Origin: an uncultured Actinomycetes bacterium
Lineage (GTDB): Bacteria; Actinomycetota; Acidimicrobiia; Acidimicrobiales; AC-9
Length of the DNA: 64,000 nucleotides
Assembly: GCA_963717645.1 (NCBI GenBank)
Contig: CAVQWQ010000015.1
Coordinates: 66,766-130,765, forward strand
Reading direction: 5' to 3'
Shown: in pieces, positions 51,364 to 59,140 of the stretch
Layout of the letters: every line of letters starts with the position of its first letter
Numbering within the stretch: the stretch's first letter is position 1
Translations under genes and position numbers: made by a program
The notes under the pieces: model-generated
Seen by the model: the letters and a program-made list of their open reading frames with translations, nothing else
The model's database searches: none
Told to the model about the DNA's origin: nothing

Positions 51364-51653
51364 CGACCCGGTGCCCATGTCTCGACGGGAGTCTTCCCGT
51401 TCCCGCTCACCGACGCGCCCGTCACGCTCCGCGGCAGGGGTACCGGCTGCACACCAGCCGTTGCGGCGGCCATCTTGGCGGTGCCGCACGCCTCGGCCAG
51501 CTGCGCGTACACCTCGAGCACGATGTTCGGGTTGGCGTCGCGCCACAGCCGCTCGAGCACTGCCGGTGTCATCGCCGCCAGATGGGCGATGGCGGCGTTC
51601 CGGCGTTCGACAGCTCGGCCCAATGAATCCGGCGGCTGGTCGGTGAGCGGCAC
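51360..51653 (-). CDS. Hypothetical protein
   Basis: 97-aa ORF with an ATGA overlap to the downstream gene. Confidence 0.45.
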   Translation of the reverse strand: MPLTDQPPDSLGRAVERRNAAIAHLAAMTPAVLERLWRDANPNIVLEVYAQLAEACGTAKMAAATAGVQPVPLPRSVTGASVSGNGKTPVETWAPGR

Positions 51654-51790
51654 TGGTGGACCAGCCTACGCCCCCGGCGGGCGTTCGACGGGGTACGTGG
51701 TGCCGGCCCTCCTGTCCCAGGGGCTCAGAGGGGCGCACACAGCACCGATCCGCCCCGGCAGGGAGCCGGCGGGAACTGCGCTCGGCAGAT

Positions 51791-52270
51791 TCATTCGTGA
51801 TCTTGGTGGGGCACATCGGCGTGGGTCGTACCACCGGAATCTCCGTGTTTGGTGGCGAACTTCCCATCGGTATGCGCGGCGTAGTCAGTGTGGGGGCCGG
51901 CTACGCCGCTACTCCCGTCAGCGTGTTGCACGTCCGCGTGGTCGGTGTGCGGCACAACCCGGATGTTGCTGTCGTGGTGGTCGGCGTGGCTATCGACGTG
52001 ACCCCCGTGGCTGTCGGAGTGGCTGTCGATGTGACCTCCGTGGCTGTCGCCGTGGGGCGAGTCGCTGTGAGCGGCGTCGAGGTGGTCGGTGTGGCTGCTC
52101 GCATCGCTATGGTCGCTGTGGGCGGTGTCCGTGTGGACGGCGCCGGCGTTGCCACCGCCGCAGGCGCCGGCGATCGCGGGCAGAGACACAGCGGCAGGCA
52201 GGGCCATACCGGCCCGTAACAGCTCGCGGCGGGAGAACTGGCGCTGGCGCTCTTGGCGTTCCTCGTCCAC
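51791..52270 (-). CDS. Tat-type lipoprotein with His-X-Asp repeats (copy 1)
   Basis: AGGGAGG RBS and GTG 52270; FSRRELL twin-Arg, AGAC lipobox, 20 HxD triads. Confidence 0.8.
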   Translation of the reverse strand: MDEERQERQRQFSRRELLRAGMALPAAVSLPAIAGACGGGNAGAVHTDTAHSDHSDASSHTDHLDAAHSDSPHGDSHGGHIDSHSDSHGGHVDSHADHHDSNIRVVPHTDHADVQHADGSSGVAGPHTDYAAHTDGKFATKHGDSGGTTHADVPHQDHE

Positions 52271-52538
52271 AACCGCCGCCTCCCTTTGACTTTGAGACGA
52301 GGGCAGCGTACGCCCGGCGGCCGGCGTAAGCAGGAACTTGCCGCCGCCTTGTCGGGGGTTTGGCTCTTCTGCGCGTAACCCGATCCGCCGTCCGCCGGTC
52401 ATGACGGGATCGAACGTCGCAGGGGCATTCAATCTGCTCTTTGCAGCCAAGCAAGGAGGGACTGGCGTGCCAGGAGTCTCGACCACACCGGAGAACACCG
52501 TGGCCTTCCCGGCGCACCCCCACTTCGACCACATCGAT

Positions 52539-52790
52539 CTGGCTCACTGGCCATGACGCGAGAGGACGCCATGCGGCTGCTCGGCGACCTAGGGGAGGTG
52601 CAGGGCCGTCTTGACCGGCTCTCTGACGGCCTCCGGGCCTTGCTTGCCGACGACGAGGCCTAGCCCAAGCGCGGCTCCGCTCTTCGCCCGAGCGGAACCC
52701 CCCAACGCCGGACGCCCGGCTGCAATGGCGGGACAGGCTCGAGGCGTCCTTTCGCAAGTGTGCGCCTCCGGTCGCCACTTGTCGATCCCC
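52539..52790 (+). repeat. Repeat A, copy 1 (contains ORF 52553-52663, MTREDAMRLLGDLGEVQGRLDRLSDGLRALLADDEA)
   Basis: Aligns by eye with 53639-53896 and 55428-55558. Confidence 0.85.
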
Positions 52791-52927
52791 TGGGTGAGGC
52801 GGGCCAGCTCACAACTGAGGGCCCTTTCGGCAGCGGGTCAAAAGAGCGATCTGACCTCCCGCGAGCGGGTAGTGCAGGGACCTCGGGGCGACGGCGAGTA
52901 GCCCCCGCGTTGAGATAACTCAGGTCT

Positions 52928-53428
52928 CTAGCCAGACACGTTGACGTTTCCTTGGACGTTTGTGACGGTGAGATGGAAGGTGCGGGTTTGGCCTTGGGCT
53001 GTGGCCACGCAGTCGAAGGTCTCACCGGGCGACTTGAGAATGATGTTCTGGCTCCCGCAGTTCACATTGGCATCCACCTGAAGCTGCGCGCTGATTTGTT
53101 GCTTGAGACGGCTCGCAGCGGTCGATGCGACGATTACGGCCTTCGTTGGCTGGGCCTCGAACTGTGAACCTGAGGTGAAGACCACATTGAAAGGGACCTC
53201 TTGTCCACCGACGTTCGCCTGGCATTGGAACGTGGCCCCCGCCTTAGCTTGAGCGCCGGAGGGACATGTGACCTTGACGTCGTTGGTGTTCAAGGTCGTC
53301 TTGATCTTGGCCGTCACCTGGTTCTGGACTTGGCTGCTGGGGCTGCCGCCGCCGCCACAGGCGTCCAGGGCTATGACCAAGCCAAGCGGTGCAATCCCGA
53401 AGAGCCAGCGCCGGGATATCAGAGCCAT
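52928..53428 (-). CDS. DUF4333-like lipoprotein (two Cys-paired beta repeats)
   Basis: SRRWLF signal, LDAC lipobox, VTCP...GATFQC and VNCG...GETFDC repeats. Confidence 0.75.
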   Translation of the reverse strand: MALISRRWLFGIAPLGLVIALDACGGGGSPSSQVQNQVTAKIKTTLNTNDVKVTCPSGAQAKAGATFQCQANVGGQEVPFNVVFTSGSQFEAQPTKAVIVASTAASRLKQQISAQLQVDANVNCGSQNIILKSPGETFDCVATAQGQTRTFHLTVTNVQGNVNVSG

Positions 53429-53484
53429 CACACGTTCCCCCCCAAGTAGTCCTTCGGCTGAGCCGTGACAGGCTAGCGAGCTAG

Positions 53485-53763
53485 ATGGGGCCCTGTCGGG
53501 CGGGGCAGCAGAGCCAGGCGGATGACTTGCACCCGCCGCCCCACCCACGGCATCGAGCCCTGCACACCAGTCGCCTTCGGCACGTTCTAAACACAGCGTC
53601 CTCGGAACAGCTGCGTCGGTCCATCGCCATGCTCCAGCCTGGCTCACTGGCGATGAAGCGAGAAGACGCGATGCGACTGCTCAGTGAGTTGGGCGAGGTC
53701 CGCGGGCGCCTCGACCAGCTGCGCCACGGGCTCCTGGCCCTGCTCGGCGAGGAGGATCGCTAG
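53485..53763 (+). CDS. Small helical hypothetical protein, most complete copy of the repeat-A peptide; start uncertain
   Basis: EQLRRSIAMLQPGSLAMKREDAMRLLSELGEVRGRLDQLRHGL; reading frame and stop position conserved across three copies. Confidence 0.6.
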   Translation: MGPCRAGQQSQADDLHPPPHPRHRALHTSRLRHVLNTASSEQLRRSIAMLQPGSLAMKREDAMRLLSELGEVRGRLDQLRHGLLALLGEEDR

Positions 53764-53896
53764 GACCTCAAGCGCGGCTCGCCCCGCCGAGAGCAGAGCC
53801 GCCCCAACACCGGACGCCAGGCCTGACCGGCCGGATCAAGGCGCCTGTGCGTCCGTACCGTCAGCGTGCGCCTCCGGTCGCTACCTGTCGATCCCC
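53639..53896 (+). repeat. Repeat A, copy 2
   Basis: Shares the CTGGCTCACTGGC start, the peptide frame, the hairpin and a 31-bp distal block (29/31 identical) with copy 1. Confidence 0.85.
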
Positions 53897-54185
53897 CGTC
53901 TCACCGCGATGCCTGGTGGGAACAGCCGTGGGGGATGCTTCCCCAATTGCCGCTAGGGGTCTCCCCGAGTAGGGTGACCTCTGGACGGGACCGACCAGCC
54001 GACTGTGGCTTGGTGAGCCGACCGATTGGCCTCCGCCCAGGGGTAGTCCGGCCCCGGTGAGGAGCGAGGTTGTGCCCGGGTAGGAGGCCCCCCGAGAAAA
54101 GGGGTCGACACCGGGCCCCGAGCGGCGGACACGGGACAGTTTGGCTCGGGGGGATCACGGCCCTCCCCGAGCTGCCTGGCTAGTT

Positions 54186-54400
54186 CGCTCAAAAGGAGGG
54201 CGGCTCAACGGGGTGGGATCGGCGGAACGAATCACCCCGGAGCCGCCCACCTCAACGGGCGCTCGGGAGGGCCGACCGATGGTGGGGGCGAGCCAGGCCA
54301 CCGACCGGCCCACCTGAGCGTCACCTCAGCGCGCTCAGGAGGGCGGCTCACGGGCAGGGGCACCACACCCTGTCCGGAGCCACCCACCTCAGCGGGCGGA
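54186..54400. repeat. Repeat B, copies 1 and 2 (hairpins)
   Basis: CGCTCA(AAA)GGAGGGCGGCTC-variable inner stem-GAGCCRCCCACCTCARCGGGCG. Confidence 0.8.
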
Positions 54401-54585
54401 CTGACATGGCCACTCAGTGACCCAGAGGCGGCCACCGTCACCCGCGGTGCGGCGGGTAACGGCAACCAAGAAGAGAAACCCAATCACGCGCACCTCCTCT
54501 CATAGAAAGTGTCCCTCCAGCGTGGGCTCAGAGCACGGGCCGAACGGCACTTAGCGCGGGCCGCGAGCCCGAGCGAGCATGACGA

Positions 54586-54768
54586 CTAACCACCAAGGGC
54601 TCGGCGGGCGAGGATCGCCCTGCGCTGTCCAGCCGTCTTGCCGCCCCATATCCCCAGCCGCTCACGGCGCTGCAGAGCGTGGTCGAGACACTGCTGGCGC
54701 ACCAAGCACTGTTCGCACACCGCCCCGAAGCGGCCATTGCGGCGGATGCCTGCTTGCCGTAGCGTCAA
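54586..54768 (-). pseudogene. WhiB-family gene, probably N-terminally truncated
   Basis: CEQCLVRQQC...GIWGG present, but the first Cys and the upstream Trp are absent. Confidence 0.65.
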
Positions 54769-54818
54769 TGGTCGTCGCCGCTGTGGCGGGGCTTGCGTGA
54801 AGCGAGAAGGGGGTCGCC

Positions 54819-55133
54819 ATGCAGTTCGTAATCGTGGCAGAGCACTCGCCAGAGTCCTGCCCTACGTCCAACAAGCAGATCCGGGACCTTATGCGTGAAG
54901 GCGCAAAGCAAATCCCCGATCTGGCGAAGAAGCTGGGCGTTGAGATCATCACCCTCCGGGTCCTCGGCCCCGATCACCAGTTCATCGGAGTAGTCGAGGC
55001 GGCCGACATCGAAGCTGTCAGGGACTTTCTCATGCAGAGTCGGCTCGTGCAGTTCAACACCACGACGGTGCGGGCCACCTGGAGCATGGAAGAGGCGCTC
55101 GAGAAGGTGGAGGCGCTACCAACGCTCCGATAG
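54819..55133 (+). CDS. GYD/DUF3303-like dimeric alpha+beta barrel protein
   Basis: AAGGGGG RBS; HSPESCP N-terminus, H.FIGVVEA, MEEAL. Confidence 0.65.
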   Translation: MQFVIVAEHSPESCPTSNKQIRDLMREGAKQIPDLAKKLGVEIITLRVLGPDHQFIGVVEAADIEAVRDFLMQSRLVQFNTTTVRATWSMEEALEKVEALPTLR

Positions 55134-55196
55134 CTGCCCGGGGTGGACCCGACCGAGCCCGTGGAACGACTACCGCCGCCGTCCCGCTGCCGAGGC

Positions 55197-55318
55197 GACC
55201 CGGCCCATCCGGGGCGTCAGCTGACTCGCTCAGGAGGGCGGCTCCAACGGGACCAAGGGGTATCACCAGCTCGCGCTGGAGCCCCCACCTCAACAGGCGG
55301 ACAATCGGTCGTGGCCAC
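55197..55318. repeat. Repeat B, copy 3
   Basis: GACCCGGCCCA...CGCTCAGGAGGGCGGCTC...GAGCCCCCACCTCAACAGGCGG aligns with 54303-54412. Confidence 0.8.
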
Positions 55319-55364
55319 CGCCCGCCTCATCGGAGGCTCATCCTCTTGACACTGCCAGTGTGAT

Positions 55365-55402
55365 CCGCGAGGGTCCGGTGGACCACGGGTCGAAGGGCCC
55401 CT
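55365..55402. repeat. Repeat C, copy 1
   Basis: CCGCGAGGGTCCGGTGGACCACGGGTCGAAGGGCCCCT. Confidence 0.85.
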
Positions 55403-55427
55403 CAGTAGCCAGGCCGAGGGTGGAAAA

Positions 55428-55558
55428 GAGTTAGGCGAGGTGCAGGGCCGCCTTGACCGGCTCTGTGACGGCCTCCGGGCGCTGTTTGCCGACGAGCAGG
55501 TCTAGCCCAAGTGCGGCTCCGGCCGCATTAAACGGAGCCGCCCCAGCACCGGATGCCA
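55428..55558 (+). repeat. Repeat A, copy 3 (5'-truncated, ELGEVQGRLDRLCDGLRALFADEQV*)
   Basis: Close match to the 3' half of copy 1, including the hairpin. Confidence 0.85.
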
Positions 55559-55685
55559 GAACTGGCGCTGACGAGCCTCCCCTTCTTCATCAGTTGACGA
55601 CGCGGCGGTCGGCTCGTCTAGGTCGTTACGTCCAACTGGAGTCTTCTCTCGGAGGGTGTCACCGTCCGGGCTGAGGAACGGCCGG

Positions 55686-56246
55686 TCAGTGGTCACCGTG
55701 CGCGTCGTCACCGTGGGGCGTGTCGAGGTGGGAATCGCTGTGGCTATCACCGTGGTCGGAGTGGGGACGGGAGGGCTGGTCAGTGTGGGTGGACTTCCCG
55801 GCATCAAGGTGTGAGGAGTCGCCGTGAGGGCTGCTGGCTCTGTCGCTGTGCATGGGAATAAGCGCTTCGTTGGTGTCGTAGTGCGGCGTGTCCACGTGTG
55901 GGGTGTCCGTATGGTGCGCGTCCGAATGTGCAGAGTCGCCGTGGCCGGTGTCCGCGTGGTTCGAGTCCGTGTGGATCGAATCACCGTGAGCGGTGTCATT
56001 GTGGCTCGAGTCCTGATGATCGGCGTGGTCGGCGTGGCTGCCTGAGTCCGTGTGATCGGCGTGGCCGGCGGCGCTGCTGGTGCCGCTGCCGCAGGCTGCG
56101 GCGACCGCCGGTATCGACAGCACGACCGGTACAGCCATGCCGGCTCGCAGGATCTCCCGCCGGGAGAACTGCCGCTGGCGAGTGGCGCGCTCCTCGTCGT
56201 CTGAGGACCGCCGGCCGGGCTCGCCCCGGTCGTCAGGATGATCCAT
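55686..56246 (-). CDS. Tat-type lipoprotein with His-X-Asp repeats (copy 2)
   Basis: FSRREIL twin-Arg, AAAC lipobox, 24 HxD triads; GAGG RBS. Confidence 0.82.
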   Translation of the reverse strand: MDHPDDRGEPGRRSSDDEERATRQRQFSRREILRAGMAVPVVLSIPAVAAACGSGTSSAAGHADHTDSGSHADHADHQDSSHNDTAHGDSIHTDSNHADTGHGDSAHSDAHHTDTPHVDTPHYDTNEALIPMHSDRASSPHGDSSHLDAGKSTHTDQPSRPHSDHGDSHSDSHLDTPHGDDAHGDH

Positions 56247-56354
56247 CAGCCCGCCTCACCCGTAAAGCCGCCGTTTCAGCCACGCCGCTGAGCTGGCCCG
56301 ATGGTAAGCAACGGGGCCGTCAGGCGCAATCGTTTCGCTGATCGGAAGCCATGG

Positions 56355-56391
56355 CCGCGAGGGTCCGGTGGACCAGGGGTCGAAGGCCCCT
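56355..56391. repeat. Repeat C, copy 2
   Basis: CCGCGAGGGTCCGGTGGACCAGGGGTCGAAGGCCCCT, one substitution and one indel relative to copy 1. Confidence 0.85.
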
Positions 56392-56528
56392 GGAGCCATG
56401 GGTCATATCGGGCTCTCGGTCGGGAGGGCGGCATAAGGTCCCCATTTCGCCCGCCACGGGGTGACCTTTGGCCTCTTCTACTGGTGCCACCTTTCTGCCA
56501 CCAATGAAGGTGTCAGGAGGAGGCAGCG

Positions 56529-56900
56529 ATGACCACGGGGATCGCAGGAATGGCGGCAGCGCTTCTGCCTCTCGAAGGCGACATGAGCTGGCGAGGAGAC
56601 GGCGCCTGTCGTTGGTACCCGACGGATTGGTGGTTGCCCGTGAGCAAGCAGGCGAGCGCCGTGGCTCTCTATATCTGCGAGACGTGCCCGGTCCTGCTTG
56701 AGTGCATGGACTACGGCCTAGCCCACCCGTCTCTCCACGGCGTGTGGGGAGGGCTCACTGAGTACCAGCGCCACCGGATCCGGGGTGGGAAGGACCGCAA
56801 CCACCACGAGGAAGCACGGCGGAAGATCGAGCTACGAACCGAACGAAGGCGGCGGACCCGGCGAGCGACCACGAGCACGAGTGGAAGTGGGAGGGCGTAG
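56529..56900 (+). CDS. WhiB-family Fe-S transcription factor
   Basis: WRGDGAC...CETCPVLLEC...GVWGGLTE, Arg-rich tail; GGAGG RBS. Confidence 0.9.
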   Translation: MTTGIAGMAAALLPLEGDMSWRGDGACRWYPTDWWLPVSKQASAVALYICETCPVLLECMDYGLAHPSLHGVWGGLTEYQRHRIRGGKDRNHHEEARRKIELRTERRRRTRRATTSTSGSGRA

Positions 56901-56978
56901 GCTTGCCACAACGAAAGGTGCCCCGGGCGAGGCCACAACCTCCCCGGGGCTGGCCAATCCCTGCAAGGAGGGATCGAC

Positions 56979-57278
56979 GTGGAGAGATTAGAGGACCGCC
57001 CGACCGCCGAACTGGTGGAACTCGTGAGGGAGTTCCTGTCCGACGCCCACGTACTCGTGGACGAGCCTGGGGCGAAGGGTCGCGGAACCCACGACTGGCG
57101 CTGCCCGCCCTCCGAAGCCAGAGAGGCGATGACAGTGGCGAACGTACCCCCTTGGGAGGCCGCTGAGCGCTACCTGCTCGAGTTGCTGGAGACGCCGGAC
57201 AGCCCTGACACGTCCAGTCTGAACGGTCGACAGGTGCCGCTTGAGCTTCGCCAACGCATCGTTGAACAAGCGAGATGA
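56979..57278 (+). CDS. Hypothetical protein
   Basis: AAGGAGGG RBS; ATGA-coupled to the next ORF. Confidence 0.55.
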   Translation: MERLEDRPTAELVELVREFLSDAHVLVDEPGAKGRGTHDWRCPPSEAREAMTVANVPPWEAAERYLLELLETPDSPDTSSLNGRQVPLELRQRIVEQAR

Positions 57279-57529
57279 TCGCCAGCATCGTGAGGAACCA
57301 CGACGAACTTCAACGGTTGGTCCTCGGGTGGGCAGACGATCCCTACGCCGACGGGGCCGCCCTGCAAGCTTGCGATGAGAGCGGGCTCACGGCGCTCTAC
57401 GACATCCGAACCTGGATCGCTGCCGCGACGTCCAGAGGGATAGACGTTCCCTCGCCCTCGGATCTCGCCGTTCTGCGAGCCGGTGTCTCTGGGTTTCTCA
57501 CCCCGGGTGAGCAGTCAAGCGATGAGTGA
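57275..57529 (+). CDS. Hypothetical protein
   Basis: ATGA overlap with the upstream ORF. Confidence 0.5.
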   Translation: MIASIVRNHDELQRLVLGWADDPYADGAALQACDESGLTALYDIRTWIAAATSRGIDVPSPSDLAVLRAGVSGFLTPGEQSSDE

Positions 57530-57599
57530 TGCAGAAGACCTCGAAGCCAGAAGATCCTTTCTCAACGAGGACTCATCAGCGAACACCGGAGTGAGGTGA

Positions 57600-58118
57600 A
57601 TGTCCAACCAAGACGACAATGAGAAGCCTCCTGCCGACGAGACGGTAAGACAACGGCGGGCGAGGGAACTTCAGACGGGCCAGCTCAGCCCGGAAACGGT
57701 CAAGGGCATCCAGGCACTTGTCGCCAGCCTCCGCGACCGGTCGACGGTTCTTGGGCAAGTCTTCGCCGACGCCGCCGAGACAAACAGGCAACAACTCGAG
57801 TGGCTGCTCAAGGTAAAGGAGGCCCAGGAACGGTCCGCCAGAGACTTGGGGCGCGGCATTCGGAGTGAGATTGAGACGAAGATAGAGCGGGCGGCACTCG
57901 AGGCCCAGGCTGTGCAGGCGGCGATAGCCAATACTGAACGCATGGGTGAGTTGAACGAGTTGACCAAGACCCAGAACGAGCTGACAGTCGATTTACTCGA
58001 TGCTTTCGGTGGCCAGTCGAGGACGGCTAAGACCGTAGGAGTCCTTTTGGTACTTGGAACGCTTGACAGCATCGTTATCGCCATCATCAGCCTGGTCGTG
58101 AGCCTCAGCCCCAAATGA
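57600..58118 (+). CDS. Coiled-coil protein with a C-terminal membrane anchor
   Basis: GAGGTGA RBS, helical Q/E/L-rich body, hydrophobic C-terminus, visibly more A/T-ending codons. Confidence 0.6.
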   Translation: MSNQDDNEKPPADETVRQRRARELQTGQLSPETVKGIQALVASLRDRSTVLGQVFADAAETNRQQLEWLLKVKEAQERSARDLGRGIRSEIETKIERAALEAQAVQAAIANTERMGELNELTKTQNELTVDLLDAFGGQSRTAKTVGVLLVLGTLDSIVIAIISLVVSLSPK

Positions 58119-58405
58119 CCCGGCCAGGTTGTGCCTTGTACTTCGCCGGCGTCATCCTTCTCGGCGCCATCATCACGTGGCCGGCGATCGTCATCCCCGC
58201 CCTGGTGCTCGTCGTCGCCACGGTGGTGGCGGTTAGACGGAAGTACGCGACGGTGTCGCATGTTGGCGTTCAGCACATGGAACACGACCGGCCCTTTAGC
58301 GAGCGAGGAGCCGAATGGCTCGAGGCCAAGACCCGTTGCGACTGGTGCGGGGCGCCGCCACAGGTCGGCCGCCACTGTCGGTGGTGTGGGACGGCGCTGG
58401 CGTAA
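58115..58405 (+). CDS. Small membrane protein with a C-terminal zinc ribbon
   Basis: Hydrophobic N-terminus; CDWC...CRWC; ATGA overlap. Confidence 0.6.
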   Translation: MTRPGCALYFAGVILLGAIITWPAIVIPALVLVVATVVAVRRKYATVSHVGVQHMEHDRPFSERGAEWLEAKTRCDWCGAPPQVGRHCRWCGTALA

Positions 58406-58733
58406 AGGATCGCCGCTGTCACACCCTCCGGTACCATCGAGATTGAGTAGGACGTCCTTAAAACCACATAGGCGTGTGGCCCCTCCTGAGACAGCGCCCC
58501 CGGTTCCATGACCGGGGCGCTGTCGCGTCAGGAGTAGCCCATACGCGTATGGGCACGTCCGCTATTTGGTCCTGCCTCGTCCTCTCGTCTTGCCACTCGC
58601 TGGCTTGGCACTGGCCCGCCTACCCGTGCCCGGCGACATGGACCCTAGGCTCCGAGCGCGCTGGGAGCCCGGCTTGAATGCATGCCTCGCCAATTGCGGC
58701 GGTGTCTTGCCGGTCTTCTTTGTCGCCATTAGA

Positions 58734-59126
58734 TCACCTGCCTCTGATGCTGCGGAGTTGCTCGACCATGGCGTCGATCCGCGCCTGCTCCGGCGATGGC
58801 TCGGGCTCGGTGGCGTTGGAGAGATTGACCTCCCTGGCGCGGTCAAGGGTAAAGAGGAACGGGTGCCGGTTGGTCCGTCTCCTCGGGTCCAGCCGCTCGA
58901 GCACGAACGCCTGATGGGCGGCCGCTGCACGCTCGCGCTCGCTCTGGAACTCGCCGTACTCAGCGCTGAGCCGGACGGTCGCGTCGGCCATCGCCTGCGC
59001 GTTGGCAACGACGCCGTCGACGGCCTCGGCCTCGGCCTCGGCCAGAGTTTCGATGACGGCTCGGTCATCGGCGTCGAGCATTGGTTCCCAGTTGCCACCG
59101 GGGTCAGGCATTCGCAGTTCGTACAT
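58734..59126 (-). CDS. Hypothetical protein
   Basis: GAAGGAG RBS; same strand as the terminase genes. Confidence 0.6.
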   Translation of the reverse strand: MYELRMPDPGGNWEPMLDADDRAVIETLAEAEAEAVDGVVANAQAMADATVRLSAEYGEFQSERERAAAAHQAFVLERLDPRRRTNRHPFLFTLDRAREVNLSNATEPEPSPEQARIDAMVEQLRSIRGR

Positions 59127-59140
59127 TGGTTGCTCCTTCC

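Noticed and set aside
52271-52534. 247-aa version of HxD protein 1 starting at 52534
   Set aside because: The RBS and alignment with paralogue 2 place the start at GTG 52270.
52539-56391. CRISPR array interpretation of repeats A/B/C
   Set aside because: The repeats are long, degenerate and about 1 kb apart with genes between them; no regular spacers and no cas genes.
49166-56391. Canonical integron
   Set aside because: No tyrosine IntI and no RYYYAAC/GTTRRRY attC ends were seen; the only recombinase is a serine integrase. Kept only as an analogy.
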